Below are positions 38,500-50,900 of a stretch of DNA of 60,662 nt, one piece after another. Position 1 is the stretch's first letter. Every line of letters starts with the position of its first letter. The notes under the pieces are model-generated. The model was not told the origin of the DNA. It worked only from the letters and a program-made list of their open reading frames with translations, and did not search any database. A program made the translations under genes and the position numbers. Source of the stretch: Octopus sinensis (taxonomy: Eukaryota); contig NW_021832560.1 of NCBI RefSeq assembly GCF_006345805.1, positions 1-60,662 on the forward strand, in the 5' to 3' direction.

Positions 38500-38820
38500 A
38501 CACCTTGGCTAGTTAATATATTTGTATGAGATTTGAGACGGATGACCAATGCAGGCGTGAGGAGAGGATGTGTGTGGTCAAGGGTACTTAAATATTCTAA
38601 TGACTTTTTTAAAATTAGTGCTATACCGAAGCTGTGCCCTGTTGAGAGTGTAGCAAGGAAAGATACGAAATTCAAGGTGCAGTTCAAATAGACCTAACTG
38701 ATTTCTGAAGATATTTTGTATTGAACTGCTTGGAGAAGAGGAGGCAGAGGGATCCAAGATATGAGCGACCAGGCTCGTTCCTCTGTCATTTGTAGTGGTG
38801 ACAACGAAGAGTAAGTGGTA
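38500..38820 (-). mobile_element. Decayed LINE APE endonuclease N-terminal fragment
   Basis: Minus frames VTTTNDRGTS (cf. WNVRGL) and STGHSFGIALILKKSL (cf. GVAILIKK). Confidence 0.4.
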
Positions 38821-38988
38821 GAGGAGAGAGGTCGACAACAGCAACAAAAGCCTTTCGTAGCAGACATTGTAGCTCTATGAAGACCCAAAGAACCCGTGCT
38901 CGTGTTCTGTTCTGAAGTCGACAAGTAAGGTTTCTCCCCCACCTACTCCTCTTTTTTTTTCCCAGGCAAGAATATTGCTACATCATCT

Positions 38989-39491
38989 ACAGGAGTGGCT
39001 GTGTGGTAAGTAGCTTGCTTACCAGCCACATGGTTCCGGGTTCAGTCCCACTGCGTGGCACCTTGGGCAAGTGTCTTCTACTATAGCCGCAGACTGACCA
39101 AAGCCTTGTCAGTGGATTTGGTATACGGAAACTGAAAGAAGCTCGTCGTATATATGTATTTGTGTGTGTGTGTGTGTGTGTTGTTTGTGTGTGTGTGTGT
39201 GTTTGTGCCCCCAACATCGCTTGACAACCGATGCTGGTGTGTTTACGCTCCCGTAACTTAGAGGTTCGGCAAAAGAGACCGATAGAATAAGTACTAGGCT
39301 TACAAAGAATAAGTCCTGGGGACGATTTGCTCGACTAAATGTGGTGCTCTAGCATCGGTTGTCTAGCGATGTTGGGGGGTCAAACAGACATACAAACATA
39401 CACACACACACATACACACACACACATACTCACACACACACACACACATATATACGACGGGCTTCTTTCAGTTTCCGTTTACCAGATCCAC
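38989..39491 (+). mobile_element. SINE family 1 followed directly by an inverted partial copy
   Basis: Forward 38989-39354; 39355-39491 is the reverse complement of the internal segment ~39112-39228. Confidence 0.85.
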
Positions 39492-39854
39492 TGTTTTGTT
39501 TTCTATCTACAGGCCTCCTTTAAGGCAGAAAACTGTATCGGGATTGTATTAGTTTTTATTATTTGCCATTAGGGGACTTTTCTATTCTACACTCGATATG
39601 TTAGAAGACCTTTCTAGTTACATCAAACTTGTACCATTTTGTAATTATAGCACATGGAATAATTCCATGTCACATTTTTTGTGGTGCAGTTTAAATTCAG
39701 TCATTATATCTTCTTGGTTTTGTGTATAGCTTTGCTCGTTCAATTAGCGATCAATTAAAAGAATATCACAACTCCTAATTTATTACTGAGACGGCTACAA
39801 TAGAGCTACCCACGATCTTACTTTTGTCATTTAACTCAGAATCGTCGTCTCGTC

Positions 39855-39857
39855 GCT

Positions 39858-39908
<51 letters not shown>

Positions 39909-40805
39909 GTTGTTCTAATTATTATTAGTATAATTGTAGTAGTAGTAGTAGTAGTAGTAGTTGCAGCAGCAGCAGTATTAGTAGTAGTTGGAGGAGGAGG
40001 AGGGGGAAGAGGAAGAAGAGGAGGGAGAGGATGGGAGGAGAAGGAGAAGGGAGGAGCTACAGCATCAGTAGTAGTAGTAGTAGAAGAGTAGTAGTAGTAG
40101 TAGTAGTAGTAGTAGAAGTAGTAGTAGTAGAACTTTTAGAAGAGTAAACTGGTAGAAATGGAAGATTGCTGTGTTACACAGTTCAATCGAAAACGCCTCA
40201 TCTTCAGCGTTAAAATCCCTGGCTTGAATCGACTTCGATTCTCAAACCCTCATTTCGTTTTCGATAAAGGAAATACAAGTCATGAACTGGAATCGATTTT
40301 TAATCAGATGTGCCCTTGTGTTATGACTTCGTGGATTTGTGCCAATGTTAAAAGAAAGAAGGAAAAGAAAAGGATAATTTCTTTTTTTTAATGGTCGATC
40401 AAACCCATTGTGATCGTCGTCTTCGTTGTCAACATTATCATTGTCATCACCACCATTGTCGTCGTTGTCGTCGTCTCGTCGTCATAGGCATCGCCATCAT
40501 GTTCAACATAATCGTCGTCGTCGTAATCGTCATTGTCAGCATCATTATCGTCCTCATCAGTCATCATCATCATCATCATCATCAGTCATCATCATCGTCG
40601 TCGTCGTCGTCGTCATCATCATCCCAGCCATCATCATCATCATCATCATCCTCATAGTCGTCGTCGTCATCATCAGCATCACAGCAATCATCATCATCAT
40701 CATCATCATCATCCTCATCGTCGTCATCATATCATCATCATCACAGCCATTATCATCATTATCCTCATCGTCGTCGTCGCCATCATCATCATCACAACCA
40801 TCATT

Positions 40806-40838
<33 letters not shown>

Positions 40839-41060
40839 TTCATCATCTTCATTGTGCAGTCGTCGTCATCGTCTTCATCATCATCATCATCACTACCACC
40901 ACCATCATACTCATCAGTCTCCGTCATCATCATCATCATCAATATCATCCTCATCGCTGTCATCATTATCATCATCATCATCATCATCATAGTCACCGTT
41001 GTCAGTGACGTCAACGCCGTCATCACCACGACCACCTTTAGCGTCGTCGCCCTCGTTATT
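39855..41060. repeat. (ATC)n/(TAG)n/(GGA)n/(GTC)n compound trinucleotide tracts around a ~250-bp unique island
   Basis: Direct inspection; explains the poly-S/H/I ORFs at 40391-41081. Confidence 0.9.
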
Positions 41061-41507
41061 GATTCTTTTTTCTCTTTCTGATAACTCCTTTTCCTTTTCC
41101 TTTTTCTTTCCCCCCTTTCTTAAGATTTTCATGCTAGTTATTCATTTTGCTAATGTTAAACATTGCTTTGATCAGTCGAAATTTAGAAACCAGCTGTGAA
41201 TAACTGTTTAATTGTTCAGGAAGAGGAACATTGTGTATACACAGACGACTGTGAGTGTATATGTGCGGGTGCGTTATTATTTATTTATTTATGAAAGTTT
41301 TCTTAGATCTGTCAGATGGAAGTTTATAACCGAATCCGTTTCACATATTCCACGTTAAGTTTACAACGAAATTCTAAATAGTGATACACCATTTACGAAT
41401 TTATGCATCCGGTGTTCTTAGGAGTATAAAACACACAGGCACCGCACACACGCGCACGCTCACACAAAATTATGTATATATTTAAATACATACAAATATA
41501 TATATAG

Positions 41508-41544
<37 letters not shown>

Positions 41545-42739
41545 ATAATATAATATATATATATATAAATATAATGTCTCTATATACATAAACATATATA
41601 CTATATATAAATACACATAAATCTCTCTCTCTCTCTTTCTCTCTCTGTATTATATACGATATATATGGACATGTATGTATATTTATATATATATAAAACA
41701 TATATATGATACTTATACATATTCTATCCATCAATGCAGTGTTGAGCACTCGCTTTCATTGTTCAACATTTACGTATATAATATATATATATATATATTA
41801 TATATATATATTATATAATATATATATACATATATTATATATATATATAATTAATATATATTAAGTATGTATGTATGTATGTATGTAGTATGTATGTATG
41901 TATGTATGTATGTATCAGACCTGCAGTGTACGACTGAAGATGTTTCCATTAACAAATTCCATTGGCAAAAATAGTTCCATATCAGGAATATCCCCCCCCC
42001 TTTCTTGCCTTCTTTCTTTCCTTTACTCAATTTACGAAAAACAAAAAACAAAAAAAAAATGGCCCTTCGAAAACAGTCATAGAAAAAGAAGATGGCAAAA
42101 AGACACGAGAGATGCAAAATGCTATAAAAATAGCTTGCGATATGAGAAGAAATAAATTACTGTCCAGATTTACCTTTGATGTAATTTCTTCTTCTGAAGT
42201 TTTCCCTCCATTTGACTAAAAGTCCTCAAAATTGACGACGGTAACGGTAAAGAAGACGATAATTAAATTGCACAGACGCTCTTTTTAAACGACATCATTA
42301 AAAACATCGTGATCAAGCGAATTGTCACATTTGCGTAGAAATTAATGTCAGCATGGAGTTATGACCTGGTTTGCAACAGAGATTTCAACTTCAATCTCTA
42401 TACTAATAATTGCAGTGTTGTGTTGCTTTTTTTTTTTTTTTTTTTTACTCTTCCCTCCCCCGCTGTTCAGGCTGGGAGCAAGAAGGAGGAAGGAAGGAAG
42501 GAAGGAAGCAAATGAATGGAGGCAGACACGAAAGGAAGCCTCTTGAACTGTATTAATAATAATATCTCAGGGCGAGCGAGAGTTTCTTTAGACAAATTGC
42601 ATCGTAGAAGCCATAACGGTGCATTTATTTCTTCTTTTCGTTTTTGCTTCATTTGTCGCATATATGGGGGGGGGGGAGGACGACAGTAATAAACCACAAG
42701 AACGACAACAACTAATAAGAATAATTAATGGCTTTAAAT

Positions 42740-42985
42740 TTTGGTACAAGTTCACCAATTTCAAAGAGGGAGTATGTCGAATTACATCGACCCCAGTGCT
42801 CAAGCGGTACTTATTTTATTAAGCTGAAGAGGATAAAAGGCAATGCCGACCTCGGTGGAATTTGAGCTCAGAACCAAGAGACGGACGAAATGCCACTTAG
42901 CGTTTTGTTCGGCGTAACAATGATTCTGCTAACTTGTTGCTTTAATAATAATAATAATATAATAATAATAATAATAATAATATTA

Positions 42986-43048
<63 letters not shown>

Positions 43049-43213
43049 ATGATAATATGATAATAATAATAATGATAATAATAATCATATATTTTATCAT
43101 AATAATAATAATAATAATAATGATGATGATGATGATGACGATAATAATAATAATAATAATAGATGATGATGATGATGATAATAATAATAATAATGATAAT
43201 AATAATAATAATG

Positions 43214-43259
<46 letters not shown>

Positions 43260-44730
43260 TGATGATGATGATGATGATGATGAATATGATGATGATGATG
43301 ATGATGATAATAATAATTCTACTCATAAGGCGGCGAGCTGGCGGAATTGTTAGCACGTCGGACAAAATGTTGAGCCGTATTTTGTCTATCCTTACGTTCT
43401 CAGTTCAACTTCTGCCGGGGTCTACTTTGCCTTTCATCCTTTTGGGGTCGATAAATTAAGTACCAGCTGCATACTGAGGTCGATATAATCGACTGGCCCC
43501 CTTCCCCCAAAATTCGGGCCCTGTGCCTAGAGCAGGAAAGAATAATAGCTCTACTCCTCAGGCGGCGAGCTGGCAGAAACGTTAGCACGCCGGGCGAAAT
43601 GCGTAGCCGTATTTTGTCTGCCGTTACGTTCAGAGTTCAAATTCCGCCGAGATCGACTTTGCCTTTCACCCTTTTGGGGTCGATTAAATAAGTACCAGTT
43701 ACGCACTGGGGTCGATATAATCGACTTAATCCGTTTGTCTGTCCATGTTTGTCCTCTCTGTGTTTTTAGCCTCTTGTGGGTAGTAAAGAAATAGGTATTT
43801 CGTTTGTCTTTACGTTCTGAGTTCAAATTCCGCCGAGGTCGACTTCGTCTTTCATCCTTTCGGGGTCGATAAATTAAGTACCAGTTACATCGACTCCAGT
43901 ACTTGACTGAAAACTATTTCATCAACCCCGAAAAGTTGAACGGATGCTAACGATTCTGCTTGCTCACCGGCTTTTAGTGGTTTCAAATTTTTGGAACAAA
44001 GCCAACAATTTTGAAGGGAAGGGCTTAGTCGAAACCACCTGTCTCAGTCCTTGACATTTAACTTAAATTATTTACTCCTGAGGGATGAAAGGCAAAGTTG
44101 ACTGCGGCTAGACTTGAACCTAGAACGTACAGCCGTAAAAAATGCCGCTGGTCACTTTGGTTGATGCGCTATCGATTCTACCAGTTCGTTGCTTGTGCTA
44201 ACAGTTTCTGTAAGCTTCTGATTAATGCTAAACGCTATCAAATAGAGGGGAGAGAGAGAGAAGTAATCGATAGCATTGACAGCTGTAGGTGGTTGATGCT
44301 CATTTTATTGACCCTAGGGGGATGAAATATAAAGTCGACCATTGCTGATTATTTCGAACTTAGAACGTAATTAAGTGGAAGAAATGCCACAAAGCGTTTT
44401 TCCGACGCTCAATCGATTCTGCCGATTCGTCGCTCTCAATAATCGTTTCTAACGTTGTAGGCACAAGGCTGGAAAATTGCAAGAAGAAGATAGTCGATTA
44501 AATCGACATCAGAATTTGACTGGTACTTGTATCTTATCGAACAAAAGACGTAAGTCACAGGGGAATTGGGCTGTTAGCTTTAAAGATATGGAGCAAACCC
44601 TACAAGTTTTATTTCAAGACGCTCTTACGATTCTATTCGTCCACTGCACGTAATTTCTTATACAGACACAAATCCAGAAATTTTAGGGTAAGGAACTGTC
44701 GATTATGTAGACTCTAGTACTTAACTCGTA
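42740..44730. mobile_element. Cluster of ~8 SINE family 2 copies in both orientations with (AAT)n/(GAT)n tracts
   Basis: Copies at ~42760 (-), 43327 (+), 43560-43900 (+, dimer) and several degenerate minus copies up to 44730. Confidence 0.85.
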
Positions 44731-44749
44731 CTTCACCTTCTTCCTATCA

Positions 44750-44992
44750 TTATTATTGTTATTGTTATTATTATTATTATTCAGTAGTTTTATTTTTATA
44801 GCGTGCTTTCACTTCACTTCTGAGCGCAGCTCTGTGTGCCTTGGGTATGTGCTGTGATTTGTTGTGATGCGCTGATGGTTATTGTATGGAAAGTGTTCTG
44901 CGTAGGATGTGTGGCAGTGCCTAGTAGTGCAATTTTTCTGTAGTTTATATGTGTTTGTAAGTCCTGGTGTTTTTGTTATGTATTTGTCTGAA
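44750..44992 (-). mobile_element. 3' end of an R4/Dong-like RLE retrotransposon with (AAT)n tail
   Basis: Minus strand SDKYITKTPGLTNTYKLQKIALLGTA, then (after a 1-nt shift) HILRRTLSIQ*, ~100-nt UTR and (AAT)n. Confidence 0.7.
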
Positions 44993-45051
44993 TATTTTTT
45001 ATTATTATTATTATTATTATTTTTTTTTTTTTTTATTTTTATTTTTTATTA

Positions 45052-45100
<49 letters not shown>

Positions 45101-45116
45101 GTTGTTTTGTTTTTTT

Positions 45117-45445
45117 CGTTGTTGTACAAGTTAAGTAATACAGTCAAAGTAATTGACTAACACCTTTCTAAAACTTTTCGGGCCTTATGCCTCAATTCTA
45201 AAAGAAAACAGTGGAATGGCAGGATCGTTAGGAGCATCGGAGGGAAATGCTTGACCAATATTTGTTCTGGTGAGTTGAAATGTCGCCGAGGTCATCTTTG
45301 CTTTTTTATTTCTCTTCGGTCAATGAAAACAAAGTCCCTGACCAGTAGTGGACTGGATAATATCGACCATGTCCTTACCTCGAAACTGCTGGCCTGGCCT
45401 TGAGCCCCAATTAGAAATAATAATATGATAATAATAATAATATAA

Positions 45446-45476
<31 letters not shown>

Positions 45477-45609
45477 TTGATGATGATGATGATGATGATA
45501 ATAATAATAATAATAATGTTAATAATGATAATAATGATAATAATAACATTAATAATAATAATAATAATAATAATATAATAAAAAAAATAATATAATAATA
45601 ACTAACAAC

Positions 45610-45640
<31 letters not shown>

Positions 45641-46072
45641 GTAATAGTAATGAGAATAATAGTAATAACAGTTGTCGTTGTTATCACTTTTATCGCTTAA
45701 CATGATTAAAAGAATTATTATCGTTATTATTATTATTGTTGTTGTTGTTGTTGTGGTGTCGTTGTTGTACAAGTTAAGTAATACAGTCAAAGATATTGAC
45801 TAACACCTTTCTAAAAATTTTCGGGCCTATTGCCTCAATTCTAAAAGAAAACAGTGGAATGGCAGGATCGTTAGGAGCATCGGAGGGAAATGCTGACCAA
45901 TATTGTTCTGGTGAGTTGGAAATGTCGCCGAGGTCATTCTTTGCTTTTTTATTTCTCTTCGGTCAATGAAAACAAAGTCTCTGACCAGTAGTGGACTGGA
46001 GATAATTCGACCATGTCCTTACTCGAAACTGCTGGCCTGGCCTTGAGCCCCAAATTAGAAATAATAATAATG

Positions 46073-46123
<51 letters not shown>

Positions 46124-46192
46124 TTGATGATGATGATGATGATGATAATAATAATAATAATAATGTTAATAATGATAATAATGATAATAATA

Positions 46193-46238
<46 letters not shown>

Positions 46239-46400
46239 TAATAATAATAATAATAACTAACAACAATAATAATAATAATAATAATAATAATAGTAATAGT
46301 AATGAGAATAATAGTAATAACAGTTGTCGTTGTTATCACTTTTATTCGCTTAACATGATTAAAATAATTATTATCGTTATTATTATTATTGTTGTTGTTG
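45117..46400. repeat. ~643-bp tandem duplication (SINE family 2 remnant plus (AAT)n)
   Basis: cgttgttgtacaagttaag at 45117 and 45760; copies differ mostly by 1-nt indels. Confidence 0.9.
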
Positions 46401-46983
46401 CTATTGTTATGGAAAACACCGTTGTTTTCATTCATTTTATTCCTTTTCTTTTTATTGTTTCCTTCTTTTAGTTTTCGTTCTGTTTCGTTATATAGGGAAC
46501 AGAACATAGCATAGCAGACATTAAAGTCTCGCAAGTAAAACCTTATAATATTACCAGGCTATATCTATAAAATACGTTATTTCTACAAGATGGCGTATTG
46601 TAGGGAAACGTCGTAAACTTGATAGTAAAGGAAGAGCAAAATAAACCTACAAGATGCAACGCTTCATTAAATCTAAATATTCTTCTTATCCAATATTTTT
46701 ATGATTTCATCTGAAAACATTGCGTGGTGGATCCTTGTTCTTTGAAGCGGTCTAGGAACGGAGTCATAAAGTTATATTATATAGAAACAAACCCTGTTTC
46801 GCTCGTTTTATTAATCGCCGAGTCTGTACCACTGATAAAATATGCAACTAAGACTTTTGATACAAAAGGAACGTGTGGATGAGAGAATGTTTATGTACAT
46901 ATGAGCATAAAAGTACACAAAACATTAGAGACATACTATAAGCAGATGTTTGTATTAGTTTAAGCATAAACATATACATATAT

Positions 46984-47026
<43 letters not shown>

Positions 47027-47123
47027 ATTATATATATGCCCTCTTAAATAAAATACCTATACACTTATACTTATATACCTACAATATATATATATATATA
47101 ATATATATATATAATACACACAC

Positions 47124-47154
<31 letters not shown>

Positions 47155-47408
47155 TATGTATTTATATATATAAATAAATATATATATATATACACACATG
47201 CATATATTACTGTTTGTCTATGTATATATGCATTCCTGTACGTGTACAAATATGTATGGATGATCTACTGGTATACCTCAACTCGTCTAACATTTTCAGA
47301 CAAATAATGGAATATGATGTCTTACTGTCGACGTTATAGAATCAATAGATACAAATATTTTAGCTTTGTTGCAAATTATTTATGAGGCTTCTGTATGTAT
47401 ATCTATGA

Positions 47409-47443
<35 letters not shown>

Positions 47444-47506
47444 CATATATGGTTATGTTAATAACCACGTACGTTTTCGTCGTAAACTTCAACATCCATT
47501 CATAAG

Positions 47507-47596
47507 AGAAAAAAAAACTGATTGCGTGGGAGGAAAAGACAGTGAAAATTATAGCACAATGGATGTCTATATTAATATTGCAAATAATGCACGAAG
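47507..47596 (+). CDS. Candidate exon (phase 2-2, 90 nt)
   Basis: cattcataag| acceptor, strong gaag|gtaata donor; EKKTDCVGGKDSENYSTMDVYINIANNAR. Confidence 0.3.
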
Positions 47597-48102
47597 GTAA
47601 TAAATGTTTGCTACATGGGAACAATAGTTGTTGAAGCAACCATATTCCTCGTTTTGCCCACGTCCATTCACGTACACCGATCATTATTAAACGACGATAA
47701 CGCGGACGATTACAATGATAAAGCGACCGACATCATCACAACACCACCATTAGAGTAGGGATTTCTCGTCTGATGCCGGAGATTAATGCAGAAATGTGTA
47801 GAGTGCAACACACACATATGTATGTATATGTACTGATACATAAATACGTAGATATGCACATATATATAAGCATAAGCATATATATATATATATTTACTAA
47901 TTATATTATATATATATATGTACACGTGTCCAATAAGTGTGTGCAACAGAGCATTTGTTTTGCATTGTTTTCATCCTCATACGTATGACACAGATCCAAT
48001 TTAAATGTACATACCCACTCACGCACGCACACACACATACACACACATGTAAGTACGAATATGCATATGTGTATATATGTATACACATACACACATACAT
48101 AA

Positions 48103-48138
<36 letters not shown>

Positions 48139-48448
48139 TTATATCTACACACATATAAGTATGCATGTGTTTGCGTGATTATAATTGTGTGTGTGTATGT
48201 GTATACAGAAACACACACATAGAGAGGCACGTGTTTGAGTAGGAGTTTTCCCATATAACCGTAGTGTGCGGTGCAATCCATAATTCTATAACTGCAGTAA
48301 TTTCCACCATTCGAATGAATAGCGAACTGTGTTAGAAAATCAAAGTGGCGACTTACGTCCAGCATTGAACGTATGGAAAAGGATAAACAATGGAGAAAAG
48401 GACACGCAAACCAGTTTACCAATATGTATCTGTGCGTGTGTGTGTGTG

Positions 48449-48493
<45 letters not shown>

Positions 48494-48495
<2 letters not shown>

Positions 48496-48753
48496 ATAAA
48501 ACGGTAAGATAACAAAAGAAAGAAAGATACCTTAATATTATGTAAATAGAGGAAATTTATCTATACAATTATATGTTACATTACTCGATAGTCAAGATAA
48601 AACTCTGAGTTTCAGATGCCGAAGTGGGAATCCACGACATTTTCATAACGTTTTCAAATAGCCAGATAACCGAAGAGATGTCGTGGATTCCCACTTCGGC
48701 ATCTGAAACTCAGAGTTTTATCTTGACTATCGAGTAATGTAACATATAATTGT
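48494..48753 (+). mobile_element. Penelope-like pLTR, family B, with a perfect 76-bp inverted duplication
   Basis: 48565-48640 is the exact reverse complement of 48678-48753; (TA)n on both sides. Confidence 0.8.
48664..48723 (+). ncRNA. Type I hammerhead motif (U4->C), palindromic stem III
   Basis: agataa-CCGAAGA-gatgtcg(tggattcccactt)cggcatc-t-GAAA-ctcagag-t-t-ttatct: 6-bp stem I, 7-bp stem II, near-palindromic actcagagt stem III, GUU triplet. Confidence 0.72.
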
Positions 48754-48756
48754 TAT

Positions 48757-48834
<78 letters not shown>

Positions 48835-48916
48835 ATAATATAATATATATAAAATTAATATAAACAGCAGTTTGCAATGTTGCACTAAATAGAAGAATTA
48901 CAAATGTCACTAAATG

Positions 48917-49275
48917 CGACTAGGTTGTTAGGAAACACCTAGATTGTTAGAAATAAGAGCTAAACCGCTCTAATGCTGTGGTTAACGCACATGAAGGAAA
49001 ACACATACACTAGCAGGGACCATAATCATCCTATTATTTGGATGACGGAAACATAAGTACTAATGGCGAAGAGAGTCCGGAAAGAGCCGAAGTCGAGCCG
49101 TCTTAACTGATGAGGCAACGGAAATTGCCGAAACTGATACGTCACTATAAAAAATTCTCGTTCTGACGATTGTGGTCTCTGTTAGTGTATAGGTTTTCAT
49201 TCATTGTGCGTTGACTACAGAATTAGAACGGTTCAGCTCTTCTAGCAATGTAGGTGTTTCCTAACACCCTAGTCG
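48917..49275 (+). mobile_element. 359-bp rod-like fold-back element with a hammerhead in the loop (retrozyme-like; class uncertain)
   Basis: 48917-49030 pairs with 49165-49275 (roughly 85% complementary); the 134-nt loop carries the HHR. Confidence 0.75.
49094..49160 (+). ncRNA. Full-size type I hammerhead ribozyme motif
   Basis: CTGATGA (49107-13), stem II ggcaa(cggaaa)ttgcc, GAAA, stem III ac-tga(tacg)tca-ct with one C.C mismatch, CUA triplet (49145-47); stem I in register 49094-49106/49148-49160 with distal cgag/ctcg. Confidence 0.8.
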
Positions 49276-49283
49276 TATATACA

Positions 49284-49390
<107 letters not shown>

Positions 49391-49477
49391 ATCTCTCTCT
49401 CTCTCCTCTCTCTCTCTATATATATATATATATTATAATATATTATATATATATATATATCTCTATCTCTCTCTCTC

Positions 49478-49534
<57 letters not shown>

Positions 49535-50114
49535 CCTGAACAGATATTCTGCTACGATGGCCTCTAGGATCGATAAAATAGAGTCCCAAGAGTACCAGTT
49601 ACGTACTGGGGTCCGTTTAGTGAAACTACTTGACCTTCAAATAGGTTCAATTTTTAGTCCAGGAGTGGCATTGTGTCTTTGGACAAGACTATTTATCTCC
49701 CGATGCTTCAGTTGTCTCAGCTGAGAAAAATGTGTATTATGATTGAAAGAGCGTCTGGCGAGCATGAAGTTAGCGTTTTTGCAGTGATGCAACGGAAACC
49801 TTTCAGGTATGAAGCGAGAAACGACCAACACAGGGCTATCCTGTTCTTTGCATGCTCATGTAGGGCGGAGGACAACTTGTGGTCAGAGTGATCCTGGTTC
49901 TGTTGGGATTTCTGGACTGGCCCTAGTTGGAGGCTCTCCTGTATGAGAAGGATTATATAAGCCATGTCTTTTTAGCTTGTTCCTTCTCTTCACTCTGTCT
50001 CTCTCTCCCATTCCCGCCATCTTTTTATGTAAACTTCAACAAATAAAAATCTCTTCTTGTAATGTACCCCTCATTATGTCCCCGTGGCAAATAAAATCAA
50101 TCATCATCATCATC

Positions 50115-50168
<54 letters not shown>

Positions 50169-50169
50169 A

Positions 50170-50900
50170 TTCCGAAGATGAATTTGGCTTCCATTCTTTT
50201 GGGGTCGATAAAACAAGTACCAGTCACGCACTGGAGACGATGTAAACAAGTAGCCCCCTTTCCCAGCCCCAAATTTTAGGCTTTGTGCCTATAGTACAAA
50301 TGATTATTATTTACGAGGTCGATAAAATAAAGTACCAATCAAGTACCGGGGATGATGTAAACGACTTGCCCTTTCCCATTAAATTTGCTGCCCTTGTGCC
50401 AAAAATTGAAAGAATTACTATTATTAACATTATTAATGATTTACATCACAAATGAGCGCAATGCAGTGGATTAATGTATAGACTTGTTAGAGGGGCAGAG
50501 AAAATACTATTCGATATTTAATTACGTTTTTTTAACTTCCTGAGTTCAAATTTCGCCAGCGTCGACTTTGATTTTCATCTTTCTCGGGTCGCTAAGTCGA
50601 TAATATATATTCAACTATACGCTTCTTGCTTCTGAATTTGTGACCTTGAGCCGCTATTTAGAAATCAATATTTCTTTTCTTTCTTTCATTTAGAGTCCGA
50701 CAAAATGGCTGGTGGCATTTCGTTTTCTCTCTCTATGATCTAAGTTCAAATTCTTCCAGGGTCAACTTTTACCTTTCATCATTTTCGGAGGTCGATAATA
50801 AATGTACCAGACTGGAGGTCGTTTAATCGATTTTAGCCAATCTTTATTATTTCAATCAGCTTTATTCATTCTCTACTATCCGTGGCCTTGTGCCAATATA
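50170..50900 (+). mobile_element. Cluster of degenerate SINE family 2 fragments with (ATT)n spacers
   Basis: Repeated ggggtcgataaa..aagtaccag and gagttcaaatt motifs. Confidence 0.75.

Noticed and set aside
48350-48420. Perfect minus-strand donor GAC|GTAAGT
   Set aside because: No upstream AG acceptor defining an exon; the upstream sequence is a pyrimidine tract.
49031-49066. Possible second minimal hammerhead in the rod's loop (tggatga-cg-gaaa-cataagtac)
   Set aside because: The first two core bases are wrong, and the stem I register (ctatta/taatgg) is incompatible with an NUH triplet.
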